Source: an uncultured cyanobacterium
GTDB lineage: Bacteria > Cyanobacteriota > Cyanobacteriia > Cyanobacteriales > Nostocaceae
NCBI GenBank assembly: GCA_963706595.1
Contig: OY970166.1
Span: 3,872,001-3,936,000, forward strand
Reading direction: 5' to 3'
Length of the DNA: 64,000 nt
The translations under genes and the position numbers were made by a program. Below the pieces are notes generated by a model. That model searched no databases and had not been told where the DNA came from. It saw only the letters and a list, made by a program, of their open reading frames with translations. Below, piece after piece: positions 45,948 to 56,619 of this stretch (its first letter is position 1; each line of letters opens with the position of its first letter).

Positions 45948-48900
45948 ATGATTCCAGTACAACTTATCCTCAAAAACTTCCTCAGTTACCGTGATGCAAC
46001 TTTAGATTTTCGCGGTTTGCATACGGCTTGTATTTGTGGTTCTAATGGTGCGGGTAAATCTTCTCTTTTAGAAGCAATCACATGGGCAATTTGGGGTCAA
46101 AGCCGTGCCGGTGTTGAAGATGATGTGATTCATTCTGGTGCAAAAGAAGTTCGGGTTGATTATATTTTTCAATGTAATCAGCAAAAATATCGGGTAATTC
46201 GCACCAGAGTTCGGGGTGCTAGTGGTGTCCTGGAATTTCAAATAGAAACGGCTTCTGGGTTTCGGGCATTGACTGGGAAAGGAGTCAGAGCTACACAGGA
46301 TTTGATTTTAGAACACATCAAACTTGATTACGATACTTTTATCAATTCTGCCTACTTGCGTCAAGGTCGTGCTGATGAGTTCATGATCAAGCGTCCCAGT
46401 GAACGTAAGGAAATTTTAGCAGAATTATTAAAACTGAATCAATATGATCAATTGGAAGAAAGGGCAAAAGAGACATATCGCCAGTTGAAAGGGCGGGCGG
46501 AAGAATTAGAGCGTTCTCTGGAGTCAAGCCAAGTTCAGCTACAGCAACGGGAAGCAACACAAGCCCAAAAAACAGAGTTAGAAACTGAATTAAATCAACT
46601 GCAACAAGTTCAAGCTTTTGAGAATATTCAGTTACAAAGTTTGCAAGTTGTCCAGCACCAGCGCAGAAATTGGGAACAACAACTGAATTTTGTCAAGCAA
46701 CAACATCAAAATTTAACTCAAGATGGCGATCGCTTGCAACAAGAACAGTCATCTGTGCAGAGTCAGTTATCAGATTTAGAAGCCATCTTAAATCAGGAAG
46801 CTGAAATTAAATCTGGTTTTACCCAGTATCAAACTCTGCAAGCTCAAGAAGAAGCTTTTGCCACTAAATTTCAAGAATACACCAGTGCAACGGCTTTACT
46901 GCAACAAAAGCAACAGCAACTAACTAGCCAAATTCACGAACTAGAAAGGGAACTGCAACAAGTTCAAGGACAATTAGTCGCATTAGAACAACAAGAGCCA
47001 GAAATTCAGCATACTCTGAATAAATCGGCGGATGTCGAAGCGGCTTTAGTCCAACTTACCGCAGCTCGTCGCCGTGTGACTGATTTAGATGAACTGCAAA
47101 TGCAAGTTTCTCCTTTGTGGCAACAACGGCAAAATCTTCAAAGTCAACTGGATAAAGTTCATGCTGGTTTAGTCGCAAGATTAGAACAGTTACAAGCGAC
47201 AGAAAACCAACTACAACGCTCCTCTCAACGTCAACCGCAATTACAACAAGCGGCGAGAGACTTAGAAATCCAAATTTCGCAAATGGAGAAAGACAAAGTT
47301 TATCTGCAACGAGTCCAGGAAAAAGGGCAGGAAAGACGGCATTTTATGGAACGTCTGCAAGCTCAACAACGGGAATATGAAAGGTTATTGGGCGAATTAG
47401 AGCAAAAACTGGAAATGCTTCGGACCCCTGATGCAATGTGTCCTCTGTGTGAGCGTCCTTTAGATGAACATCACTGGAATCGTGTGGTAGATAAAACCAA
47501 AGACGAGTACAAGGATACTGAAGGGCAATTGTGGGTATTTCGGGAACAAAAGGCAGTTTCAGACCGAGAAATTCAGGTCTTGAGGCAGGAATATCGGGAA
47601 ATATTGCAAAAAGTATCACCTTATGACACTCTCAGAGAACAAAGAGGTCAATTAGCCGCACAACTGCAATCAACCAGTGATGCTGACCAACAATTACAAC
47701 AATTGGCTGCGGAAAAACAACATTTAGAGCGATCGCTGCAAGCAGGTGATTACGCCCCTGAGAAACAATTAGAATTGCGACAATTAGAAGAATATTTACA
47801 ACAACTGAATTATAATGAGCAAGACCATGCTCTAGCTAGAAGTGAAGTAGAGCGTTGGCGATGGGCAGAAATTAAACAAGGGCAAATTAAAGACGCAGCT
47901 AAACGACAAGCTCAAATTGCCGCCCGTAAACCAGAATTACAAGCAACTATTTCTCAGTTACAAAGTCAAATCCAGCAGGATCAAACTGATTCTGACTGTG
48001 CTAAAGAAATTACTCAACTTCAACGTCGTATTGCAGAAATTGGTTACAGTTCCGAGGAACATAATAACCTGCGTGTAGCTGTACGCCAAGCCCAATCTTG
48101 GCAGTTACGTTATCAACAACTGTTATCAGCCCAACAGCAGTTTCCCCAACTCCAGAAAAGATGGCAGGATTTAGAGGTTTCGAGAAACGAGAGATTGCAA
48201 GAACGGCAAAAACTGCTGACTCAAATTGAAAGTCTTACTCAAGAATTAGCGAAATCAGCTAACCCCACTGAGCAAATTAACGCTTTAGAGCAGCAAATTC
48301 AAATCCGCCGCCGACAACTTGATGAGAAAATCGCCAGTTTGGGGCGTTTAGAACAGTTGATGCTGCAATTGGAAACTCTGCAAAATCAGTATGAGCAACA
48401 GCAGCAGCAATTAAAATCTTGTAAGCAGGAACAGCGAGTTTATCAGGAATTAGCGCAGGCGTTTGGTAAAAATGGTATCCAAGCACTGATGATTGAGAAT
48501 GTGTTGCCGCAACTGGAAGCTGAGACAAATCAACTGTTATCACGGCTGAGTGCCAATCAATTACACGTACAATTTATTACTCAGAAATCTGGGCGCAGTA
48601 GTAAAGCTAAGAAGAAAAACGCCAAGCTGATTGATACTTTAGATATTTTAATAGCCGATTCCAGGGGAACGCGAGCTTATGAGACTTATTCTGGTGGGGA
48701 AGCTTTTAGAATTAACTTTGCTATCCGTTTAGCCTTGGCAAAATTATTGGCACAGAGGGCGGGTGCGGCGTTGCAATTATTAATTATAGATGAAGGCTTT
48801 GGGACACAGGATGCGGAAGGATGCGATCGCTTGATTGCGTCCATTAATGCGATCGCGTGTGATTTCGCCTGTATACTGACTGTAACCCATATGCCCCACC

Positions 48901-48974
48901 TCAAAGAAGCCTTTCAAGCCCGCATAGAGGTTCATAAAACCCAGCAAGGTTCCCAAGTCAGTTTGTCAATGTAG
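45948..48974 (+). CDS. sbcC: SbcC/Rad50 SMC-family ATPase
   Basis: GSNGAGKSS, YLRQG, central zinc hook CPLC, long coiled coil, YSGGE, IIDEGFG and VTH. Confidence 0.93.
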   Translation: MIPVQLILKNFLSYRDATLDFRGLHTACICGSNGAGKSSLLEAITWAIWGQSRAGVEDDVIHSGAKEVRVDYIFQCNQQKYRVIRTRVRGASGVLEFQIETASGFRALTGKGVRATQDLILEHIKLDYDTFINSAYLRQGRADEFMIKRPSERKEILAELLKLNQYDQLEERAKETYRQLKGRAEELERSLESSQVQLQQREATQAQKTELETELNQLQQVQAFENIQLQSLQVVQHQRRNWEQQLNFVKQQHQNLTQDGDRLQQEQSSVQSQLSDLEAILNQEAEIKSGFTQYQTLQAQEEAFATKFQEYTSATALLQQKQQQLTSQIHELERELQQVQGQLVALEQQEPEIQHTLNKSADVEAALVQLTAARRRVTDLDELQMQVSPLWQQRQNLQSQLDKVHAGLVARLEQLQATENQLQRSSQRQPQLQQAARDLEIQISQMEKDKVYLQRVQEKGQERRHFMERLQAQQREYERLLGELEQKLEMLRTPDAMCPLCERPLDEHHWNRVVDKTKDEYKDTEGQLWVFREQKAVSDREIQVLRQEYREILQKVSPYDTLREQRGQLAAQLQSTSDADQQLQQLAAEKQHLERSLQAGDYAPEKQLELRQLEEYLQQLNYNEQDHALARSEVERWRWAEIKQGQIKDAAKRQAQIAARKPELQATISQLQSQIQQDQTDSDCAKEITQLQRRIAEIGYSSEEHNNLRVAVRQAQSWQLRYQQLLSAQQQFPQLQKRWQDLEVSRNERLQERQKLLTQIESLTQELAKSANPTEQINALEQQIQIRRRQLDEKIASLGRLEQLMLQLETLQNQYEQQQQQLKSCKQEQRVYQELAQAFGKNGIQALMIENVLPQLEAETNQLLSRLSANQLHVQFITQKSGRSSKAKKKNAKLIDTLDILIADSRGTRAYETYSGGEAFRINFAIRLALAKLLAQRAGAALQLLIIDEGFGTQDAEGCDRLIASINAIACDFACILTVTHMPHLKEAFQARIEVHKTQQGSQVSLSM

Positions 48975-49022
48975 ATATACCTCTAACTAACGTTGCTGAA
49001 GCTAGAGGTTCATTAACAGCTA

Positions 49023-49048
49023 AATTACGAATTACGAATTACGAATTA
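49023..49048. repeat. STRR heptamer (aattacg) x3
   Basis: aattacg aattacg aattacg aatta between convergent genes. Confidence 0.75.
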
Positions 49049-49510
49049 TTCCACCTTTTGAGTATTACCTGTTTTTACCCAACCTTCTTGTTTCCCTGCT
49101 GTGCGAATCTTTTGCCAATTTTTATCCTGACTTTCTTCCAAGACAATCACTTCTTCATTAGCACCAACTCCAGCCACACGTTCAGCATCCATGTTTGGTT
49201 CAGCTCGCACACTCAAGCCTTGAGGCCAAGTCACACGTCCTCGGTAAGCCCCCGGTGGTAATTCGTCCGTGGGAGTTGGTGTTGGCGTTGGCGTTGGCGT
49301 TGGCGTGGGAGTTGGGGTGGATGTTGTCTTTACCTCAGTCCCTTGAGGAGTTTGCTCTGGCAATAATGGACTATCATTCGCAAAAAGCGGTTTAGGTGGG
49401 GGCATAAAACTTCTATTCATAAAATAGAGCGCAACTGCAACACCGCTACCCATTAAAATGGCGATCGCTAAGATCACCCCTAGAATAAACTTTAGTAAAT
49501 TAGAAAACAT
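49046..49510 (-). CDS. Membrane-anchored bacterial SH3 domain protein with PT linker
   Basis: N-terminal TM, (TP)n repeat, GLSVRAEP...WQKIR...EGWVK. Confidence 0.85.
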   Translation of the reverse strand: MFSNLLKFILGVILAIAILMGSGVAVALYFMNRSFMPPPKPLFANDSPLLPEQTPQGTEVKTTSTPTPTPTPTPTPTPTPTDELPPGAYRGRVTWPQGLSVRAEPNMDAERVAGVGANEEVIVLEESQDKNWQKIRTAGKQEGWVKTGNTQKVE

Positions 49511-49618
49511 CTTTAAAACCTCATCACCAATGGTCAATAGTCAATAGTAGTTCTTAAATATTGACCATTGACATCCAAATGATTAATTACCTAATTATTA
49601 CAGCTGTCGCTGAATGCC

Positions 49619-51133
49619 TTAACGTAACTTACCGAAAGTATCAGTCAAAGGATTGTGTTTCGAGGCTAAACGCGCTCTTCCAGATGCAGCCCATTCTTGT
49701 AGTTGTTGAATCTGCTCAACAGCCGTTCTCGCCAGGGGTATAATTTGGCTAGCAGCTTCGAGAATATCGTCATTAGTAAAATCGCGATTTTGACTAAATC
49801 CAATGTGCATCGCTTCAACCAAGGTTTGCTCAATCTCAGCCCCAGAAAAATCGGGCGTTTCATAAGCTAATCTCTCAATATCATAACTTTTCAGGTTATG
49901 GGGGCGAAGTCGGGATAAATGAACGTTAAAAATTGCTTTTCTTTCATCTTGGGTAGGTAAACCCACAAAGAAAATTTCATCAAATCGCCCTTTACGCAAC
50001 ATTTCTGGTGGTAGGGCTTGGATATCGTTAGCAGTGGCGACAACAAACACAGGTGAGGTTTTTTCGGCTAACCAAGTAATAAAAGTTCCAAATACCCGAC
50101 TAGCAGTACCGGCATCACCTTTAGCACCAAGTCCCGAAAAGCCTTTATCTATTTCGTCAATCCACAACACACAAGGCGCGAGGGCTTCAGCAACTTGAAT
50201 CATTTGGCGAGTCCGGGATTCTGATTCGCCGACTAAACCACCAAATAACCGCCCAACATCGAGGCGTAATAGGGGTAAATGCCAATGATGGGCGATCGCT
50301 TTTGCTGTTAAAGATTTACCAGTACCTTGAATACCTAATAACATTAAACCACGGGGGTGTGGTAATCCGTACTGGCGCGCCTTCTCACTAAATGAGCCGC
50401 CCCGACGTAATAACCAATCTTTGAGGTTATCTAGTCCTCCTATATCAGAAATACGCTCAGTGGCGGGGTAAAAGTCCAGGATTTGGGTTTGGCGGATAGT
50501 TTGGCGTTTTTCCTCCAGAACTAAGTCTACATCCTCTGGTTGCAGTTCTCCGTGGGATGCGATCGCTCTGGCTAAAACCCGCCGAATCCGTTCCATTGAT
50601 AGCCCTTGACAAGAGCGCACCAAGTCATCCAGAATTTTGCCAGATAGGGAGTTTTGACCAGTGCTTTGGAGTAAGCGTTCCACCTCAGTTTTAATTTCTG
50701 GAGCTGCGGGTAAAGGAAACTCAACCACGGTGAGAACTTCGGTTAAATCGTCAGGAATGGCGACACGTGGCGATAGTAAGACCAGATTTTTGGGTTGGGA
50801 TTTGAGGAGTCTGGCTAAGTTGCGAAGTTTGCGTGCGATCGCTACATCATCCAAAAAGCGATGATAATCGCGTAAAATCAAAACAGCAGGAGCAGAGGCT
50901 GGCATTTTTTCCACAAACTCCAAAGCTTGTAAAGGGTTACGCTTACCAAACCCCGCATCATTGGGGTTTCCCTGGTAGCCATCCACAAAATCCCAAGTAT
51001 AGACAGGGCGATTACCTTGATTTGCAGCTTCTTCCCGAATCGCCGTTTCTACCCGTTCTTCCTCATAAGTGGGAATATAAATCAAAGGGTAGCGGGCGCG
51101 TAGCAGCAATTTAAATTCTTCACGAAAATTCAT
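49619..51133 (-). CDS. ycf46: AAA+ ATPase, Ycf46 family
   Basis: [36 protein letters not shown] and [12 protein letters not shown]. Confidence 0.88.
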   Translation of the reverse strand: MNFREEFKLLLRARYPLIYIPTYEEERVETAIREEAANQGNRPVYTWDFVDGYQGNPNDAGFGKRNPLQALEFVEKMPASAPAVLILRDYHRFLDDVAIARKLRNLARLLKSQPKNLVLLSPRVAIPDDLTEVLTVVEFPLPAAPEIKTEVERLLQSTGQNSLSGKILDDLVRSCQGLSMERIRRVLARAIASHGELQPEDVDLVLEEKRQTIRQTQILDFYPATERISDIGGLDNLKDWLLRRGGSFSEKARQYGLPHPRGLMLLGIQGTGKSLTAKAIAHHWHLPLLRLDVGRLFGGLVGESESRTRQMIQVAEALAPCVLWIDEIDKGFSGLGAKGDAGTASRVFGTFITWLAEKTSPVFVVATANDIQALPPEMLRKGRFDEIFFVGLPTQDERKAIFNVHLSRLRPHNLKSYDIERLAYETPDFSGAEIEQTLVEAMHIGFSQNRDFTNDDILEAASQIIPLARTAVEQIQQLQEWAASGRARLASKHNPLTDTFGKLR

Positions 51134-51196
51134 AATAATAACTCTAAATAGATTTAAAATTTCTCTTAGTCCACTTTAATGGACTTTAGGTATGAG

Positions 51197-51769
51197 TTAA
51201 TCAAACTTACCTACACCTAAAACCTGCTGAACAGTTAGCGCTAGTTCTGAAAAAGCGAGAGATTTAATTTGCTGTTCCCCGATAAAAACTGATTCTTCAT
51301 AAAATCCTTCTTCAAGAAACAGCACCGTCACCTTTTTTTCTAAAGGATCAATAATCCAATATTCAGGAATTTCCAAAGCAGCATATTCAGAACGCTTAAA
51401 ACGATAATCTCGTTTAATTGATTCTGGGCTAATAATTTCCACAGCCAAAAGTGGAGGAGTTTGACAAACAGCAGATTGATCTAAAATATCCGTCACTTGG
51501 TCAACCGTTACCACATATAAATCTGCTAGCCTAGACTTACGCCATCCCGTTCTAATACCAGCCTCTCGAAAGCACAGCCAAGGTAAATTCAAGCGTCGTA
51601 TTTGTTCATCTAACTGGCTTTCAATAAATTTGGCAACTAAAATATGCCTGAAGGTAGGGGGATTCATCAGTTCTAGTCTACCGTCTACAAGTTCATAACG
51701 GTTATCTGTATCATCTTGATATGCAAGATATTCTTCAAAGCTTAATAATTGCTCTTGTGTAGTGAGCAT
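51197..51769 (-). CDS. Uma2 family endonuclease
   Basis: RYELVDG, SRLADL, LAVEIISP and KRSEYAALEIPEYWIIDP. Confidence 0.9.
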   Translation of the reverse strand: MLTTQEQLLSFEEYLAYQDDTDNRYELVDGRLELMNPPTFRHILVAKFIESQLDEQIRRLNLPWLCFREAGIRTGWRKSRLADLYVVTVDQVTDILDQSAVCQTPPLLAVEIISPESIKRDYRFKRSEYAALEIPEYWIIDPLEKKVTVLFLEEGFYEESVFIGEQQIKSLAFSELALTVQQVLGVGKFD

Positions 51770-51807
51770 GATTAGCTAATTAGTTTAAAATCAATTACTT
51801 ACCTTTA

Positions 51808-53745
51808 TTAAAGCATATTTTCGACTTCTGCTGCTAGTTCAGACAAAAAACAACGTTTATGCTCAAGCAACCATTTTGTCAGTTCGTAAGAATGCTTTAA
51901 TTTTTTAAATTTTATTTCTCTTTGGGAAAAATTTGAAAATAGTTGTTGAAGTATTTGAGATCCATGAATTTTATATAAAAAGTCTTCTTCTGAAAATTCT
52001 TTTTCCTGCTTTTTATTCTCTAGCCATTCTTCAACATTTTCACTAGTAATATGTATTTTTAGTGGTTCTCGTCGAGATTGATTTTCTCCATTAAATACGG
52101 CTGATATTGCATCTGGATCAAGTAGATAATTTTCATACATCCGCCGAGACAAAAATTCAACAGGTTTTTGACTTCTCTCTTGCCAAGTTTTTTTATCTTC
52201 TTCTGACTTCTTCTCAGAATCAAACAAAAAGCCAATTGCAGGAGGAAATAAGTGAATTCCGCCACTTAATTTATCATAAATATCAAATATCAGACTAGCT
52301 TTTGTTCCATCAAAGTCACCAGTATGCTGAACTGCGAGGATTTTATTTCCTCTCAACTGTTTATTTAATACTTTCTCAAGTATTAGTGGAAAACACTTTT
52401 CTTCAGTTTCACCTTCTACCCAAAGAATATTATCAGCACCAAAAACATCAGATAACCTGACTCCCAGGTCATATAAAATAGCATTTTGCGATTCTATCTC
52501 TGTTGCATCTATGACCGAAGCTTTTGTTTCACAATTTTCATAGTGCAACTTGATAATATTAGATGGATTAGCTGCTGTAATAATTTCTGGTGAATGAGTA
52601 GCAATAAAATATTGATGCTGGGGAAATGTTTTAATAATTTCTATAAGTTTTCTTGCTGCACCTGGATGTAAAAAAGATTGTGGTTCATCAATAATTAATG
52701 TTCTAGGTTCTTCTGAAGAAACCAGGATATATAAAATTGCTAGGACTTGACCAACTCCACTTCCACAAGAAGATAGAGGAAGTGATAAATCATCTCTATT
52801 AAGTTTAGGATCTAAATTCCAAACCAGTATTTCAACATTATAGTCCTCTTTTTGCACTACGGAAATCCATTGAATTTCAGGTAAAATAATTGAAACTAAT
52901 TCATTAAATTTAACAAACACCCCTGGTTGTTTACCTTGCAATATACAAAGAACTTCAGCAAGGTTAGATATATCTGATTTTAGTTCAGAGTTATTTTCTA
53001 ATTTACAACTTCCTATATTTAGCCTTTCAGCTTTAAATTGGTATATTTTTTGTACAAAAGATTCAAATAACCTAAATCCGATGCTTTCCTTAATATCTGC
53101 TGAATAAGAAATTGGCTCAAAATCATCTGGATAATGGTTTTCAAGAATTAGTTCTTCATTGCTATCATATTTGAGTTTATAAAAACCATACTTACCATCT
53201 TCTCTTGCTCCAAAAGGGGGATATAATTCAAAAGTAGATAATGCTTCTAATGTACTATCTTCTAGTTTAAAGTTATTAAATAACAATAATTTTATCTCTA
53301 AATTCTCATCATTATCCAAAAATTTATCCAATCTATTAAAGGCATCAAATATTAGACTATTTTGCCTCTCCATCACCTCCCTAGCATCTTCATTGTTTGT
53401 AGACATATAATATTCAATGGCAGATTCTTCGTCATCGAATCTTATTCCTGGATTTAGCATTCCAACCGGAGATTGAATATGTTTGAAGAAAGTCCGCAAT
53501 TCCTGTTTTTCAATTGATAAAGAAAACTGGATTTTTGATTCTTCTTTTATTAATGAAGATTTGGTTGGTAAAGTTTTTAAACTTTTATGTGGCTGATTCT
53601 CGAATTTTAGTGTTAGTAATTCCAGTAATGATGTTTTACCTGCATTGTTTCGTCCAATAATTATATTGATACCTGGAGTAAATTCCATTAAACTAGAGTC
53701 AAGATATGACTTGTAATTAAATGCTTGCAGCTTTTTGATAAACAT
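51808..53745 (-). CDS. OLD-family ABC ATPase-TOPRIM nuclease
   Basis: GRNNAGKT, LSSCGSG, LIIDEPQSFLHP, ATHSP; TOPRIM-like LWVEGETE, FLFDSE and RMYENYL; very AT-rich. Confidence 0.75.
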   Translation of the reverse strand: MFIKKLQAFNYKSYLDSSLMEFTPGINIIIGRNNAGKTSLLELLTLKFENQPHKSLKTLPTKSSLIKEESKIQFSLSIEKQELRTFFKHIQSPVGMLNPGIRFDDEESAIEYYMSTNNEDAREVMERQNSLIFDAFNRLDKFLDNDENLEIKLLLFNNFKLEDSTLEALSTFELYPPFGAREDGKYGFYKLKYDSNEELILENHYPDDFEPISYSADIKESIGFRLFESFVQKIYQFKAERLNIGSCKLENNSELKSDISNLAEVLCILQGKQPGVFVKFNELVSIILPEIQWISVVQKEDYNVEILVWNLDPKLNRDDLSLPLSSCGSGVGQVLAILYILVSSEEPRTLIIDEPQSFLHPGAARKLIEIIKTFPQHQYFIATHSPEIITAANPSNIIKLHYENCETKASVIDATEIESQNAILYDLGVRLSDVFGADNILWVEGETEEKCFPLILEKVLNKQLRGNKILAVQHTGDFDGTKASLIFDIYDKLSGGIHLFPPAIGFLFDSEKKSEEDKKTWQERSQKPVEFLSRRMYENYLLDPDAISAVFNGENQSRREPLKIHITSENVEEWLENKKQEKEFSEEDFLYKIHGSQILQQLFSNFSQREIKFKKLKHSYELTKWLLEHKRCFLSELAAEVENML

Positions 53746-53863
53746 TTTGTATCATTTATTTACTGTGTTAATTGTATCACTGGTAAATTAACTTAATTTA
53801 GCAAGTTAATTTAAAAAATCCGGTTCCTCACGGAAACCGGGCTAATTGGTAAATATCTTAAAT

Positions 53864-53932
53864 TAGCTGGGTAAGGCATAACCCAATAAAGCCTCGGAAA
53901 TTTTGGGTTTCACTTCGTTCAACCCAACCTAC
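53864..53932. repeat. REP-like doublet of the GTAGGTTGGG family
   Basis: tagctgggt...acccaa and ttgggttt...aacccaacctac; related to 8109-8176 and 63141-63227. Confidence 0.65.
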
Positions 53933-54001
53933 AATTTACGAACCTTTTAAAAAACGCGCCCAAGAAATATTAACCCAAATTAAAAATAATCCCAAAGACT
54001 T

Positions 54002-54040
54002 GTAGAGACGCGATTTATCGCGTCTAAATTCATCGCGTCC
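54002..54040 (+). repeat. REP copy 5 plus partial duplication
   Basis: GTAG-AGACGCGAT-tt-ATCGCGTCT at 54002-54025, then unit CTAAATTCATCGCGT. Confidence 0.85.
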
Positions 54041-54049
54041 CTTTTCAAA

Positions 54050-54556
54050 TCATCCCGGAAGCTGCTTCTTCAACGCTTCCAACGAAGCCCAACGACTATC
54101 CCCCGGCTTATTTGAGCCATCAGCATCATCACTCAAAATACCCGGACAATTGAGGTTACAAAGCTGACGCTGAGGAAATGCTAAACACATCTGCTCATAC
54201 AACCATTCACTCGGATAAAAATAACCTTTCGGTGAGAGAGTTTCCACTAAATCTTCCATCACCACTTCCCGTTCTAAAGGCAAGTCCTCTATTTGATTAG
54301 CAGCTTCATCTAACCAAATAACTTCTTTGGTATTCACCGTCAAACGTTGATTATATTGCTGCAAACAACGATTACAGGTACAAGTAATAATTGTTTCTGC
54401 CTGACTGGATACTTCCAAGTAATTACCTTGATGATGCACCCGCAAGCGACCTCGAACAGGCGTTAAGCTTTCCAGACCAGGTAGAAACTCGTCAACTGGA
54501 ATTTCCTCTGTTCGCTCCGGGGCTTTGGTGAGCTGCGGAATAAAAATTGCGTCCAT
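54050..54556 (-). CDS. YceD/DUF177 family metal-binding protein
   Basis: TCNRCL, LYEQMCL, LCNLNCPG and DSRWASLEALK. Confidence 0.88.
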   Translation of the reverse strand: MDAIFIPQLTKAPERTEEIPVDEFLPGLESLTPVRGRLRVHHQGNYLEVSSQAETIITCTCNRCLQQYNQRLTVNTKEVIWLDEAANQIEDLPLEREVVMEDLVETLSPKGYFYPSEWLYEQMCLAFPQRQLCNLNCPGILSDDADGSNKPGDSRWASLEALKKQLPG

Positions 54557-54609
54557 AGGATTTCGATATAATCACAAAAATTTAGGTTTTACTAACAGCA
54601 ATCTGCTAA

Positions 54610-54737
54610 TAAGGGAACACCGAAAAATAAATTATCCCATATTGTGGCATGGGCATCCTAACCGTCCTTGGTGATTAGCAGGCAAGATGCCTGCTTCACA
54701 AGACAATTTGGAATATTTTTTTATTTATCAGTCCCTA
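54610..54737. mobile_element. MITE-like element carrying a REP-like doublet
   Basis: Termini TAAGGGAACACCGAAAAATAAA and TTTATTTATCAGTCCCTA; internal gtggcatgggcatcc...gcaggcaagatgcctgc. Confidence 0.55.
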
Positions 54738-54760
54738 AGACAACCCTATTTTAACTCCCA

Positions 54761-55282
54761 TTATTCAACCGCCGTCACTGGACAAACCACCAAATGACGG
54801 TGCGGTTCTCTCCCACGGCTGAAGGTTTGCAAATCTGTAAATTCTTTCAAAAAAGAGTGGATTTGCCGCCTTTCTGCTGCACTGAGAGATTTGATTTCTA
54901 CTTCTCCACCAGAAGCGCGGACTTCATTTGCTGCGGCTTCTGCCATTGCGTGAATTTCTGCTTGTCTTTTGACGCGGTAGCCATTCAACTCAATAGTGTA
55001 AAAAGCCTGTTCTGCTTCGGGTAAGCCGATGTTTAGCACCGAATTAGCTAAATACTGAATTGAATCTATAACGGAACCATCAGCGCCAATTAAAAGGCGG
55101 ATTTGTTCGGTTGTCAGATTAGTTTGGTCAATTGTCAACCAGTAGCTATCTAATTCTGGGGAATCGCCAAATCGAGGCGGGTCAATTTCTAAATTCCCCT
55201 TAATTTCCGCAGGTATTCCTGTTAATTGCAGCAGGGTTGTTAACCACTGCTGCCCTCTTTGTATTGGACTTTCCAGCATCAT
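54761..55282 (-). CDS. jag: Jag/KhpB RNA-binding protein (KH + R3H)
   Basis: LLIGADGSVIDSIQYL, NGYR, ERRQIH and SRGREPHR; coupled to yidC. Confidence 0.88.
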   Translation of the reverse strand: MMLESPIQRGQQWLTTLLQLTGIPAEIKGNLEIDPPRFGDSPELDSYWLTIDQTNLTTEQIRLLIGADGSVIDSIQYLANSVLNIGLPEAEQAFYTIELNGYRVKRQAEIHAMAEAAANEVRASGGEVEIKSLSAAERRQIHSFLKEFTDLQTFSRGREPHRHLVVCPVTAVE

Positions 55283-56424
55283 CAACCTGTAGTCTTTTTC
55301 TTAGAACTCTTTGGCTCAAATGGTAAACTTCTCTGTTCTGCTGCTGTTTCTTTCTCTTGGGTGGCGACGATTTCTTGTAGTCCCTCTGGTAGAGGTTCAC
55401 GCGAGAGAATGTAAGTTTGAGCAGTTTGGAAAATATTACCAATTACCATATACATCAATACCCCAGCTGGTAGGGGGAAGAACAAAAACATCCCAGAAAA
55501 TATAACTGGTGTGATTTTGTTAACTGTATCTTGTTGTGGATTACCACCACTGGAATTCTGCCCGGAAATCATTTGGCTGACATAAAGGCTCACACCGAAA
55601 AACAGAATCATGGAGACGATATCCCAATTAATCTGTCCGTCAGGATTTTGAGCGCCAACTCTACCTAAAGCTTGAATGAACAAAAATCCTTGCTCTGCTG
55701 CTAGTCCAGGAATTGAGCCTTGAATTGTCACGTCTCCTGGCTCTAAGGCTTCTATATTGCCTTGGGCATCTATTTTTACCCTCTCTTCCCCTTTGGTAAC
55801 TTTCCATTCAGGAACTAGGTTACTTTCGGGATGTTCTGCTAAAAGCGCTTGAAATGGTCTACCTTCAACAGTCTGATATTGCAGCTTAGTTTTTTCTCCT
55901 ACGGCTAATTTGTTACCAGCAGGCAGAATAGCTGTGACACGAGTACGTTCCCCATCAGCAATGTAGATGTTTTGGGGCGCAGTCGCAAAAGCTTGGGGTT
56001 GAATCCGTTCAATTTGTTCGGAGGGAAGAATTTGGAGGTTAACGCTATAGTTCGCACCCGCAAATGGTGAACCCCGCAATGTGGCAAACAGGGCTAATAA
56101 TACTGGCATTTGCAGCACTAGGGGCAGACATCCTGCCAATGGGTTGCCAAATTCTTTTTGGACATTGACCATTTCCTCTTGCTGCTTTTGCGGATTATCC
56201 TTGTGCCGCTCTTTAATTTCTGCCATCCGCTTCTGCATCAGAGGTTGTACAATTCGCATTTTCCGCATATTACGAATTGAACCAGCACTCAGGGGATAGA
56301 GCGCGAAGCGGATTATCAATGTCAAGGCAACGATCGCCAATCCGTAACTAGGCACAACACCATAGAAAAAGTCTATGATTGGCAGCATCACGTTGTTTGA
56401 AAGAAACCCGATACCAAAATCCAT
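55282..56424 (-). CDS. yidC: Membrane protein insertase YidC
   Basis: [27 protein letters not shown] and LPAGVLMY. Confidence 0.95.
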   Translation of the reverse strand: MDFGIGFLSNNVMLPIIDFFYGVVPSYGLAIVALTLIIRFALYPLSAGSIRNMRKMRIVQPLMQKRMAEIKERHKDNPQKQQEEMVNVQKEFGNPLAGCLPLVLQMPVLLALFATLRGSPFAGANYSVNLQILPSEQIERIQPQAFATAPQNIYIADGERTRVTAILPAGNKLAVGEKTKLQYQTVEGRPFQALLAEHPESNLVPEWKVTKGEERVKIDAQGNIEALEPGDVTIQGSIPGLAAEQGFLFIQALGRVGAQNPDGQINWDIVSMILFFGVSLYVSQMISGQNSSGGNPQQDTVNKITPVIFSGMFLFFPLPAGVLMYMVIGNIFQTAQTYILSREPLPEGLQEIVATQEKETAAEQRSLPFEPKSSKKKTTG

Positions 56425-56549
56425 TATTCTGAATTTAACCTGAGCTACTGTAAACTGAACTGAATCTAATTTATCTAAATCATGATTCTTATATAACTAT
56501 CCTACGCTACGGATAGCCGCACATTCCAAAATTTTGGGAATGGTTAATC

Positions 56550-56608
56550 AGATGGATGTAGACGCGATATATGGATGTAGATGTAGACGCGATGAATCGC
56601 GTCTCTAC
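56550..56608 (-). repeat. REP copy 6 plus adjacent partial duplications
   Basis: agacgcgatgaatcgcgtctctac at 56585-56608; minus-strand units CTACAT / CTACATCCATATATCGCGT / CTACATCCAT. Confidence 0.85.
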
Positions 56609-56619
56609 AAGGTTATTCC

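Noticed and set aside
49269..49320. PT and PQ codon repeats in the SH3 protein and the kinase (about 1290-1340)
   Set aside because: Ordinary low-complexity linkers.
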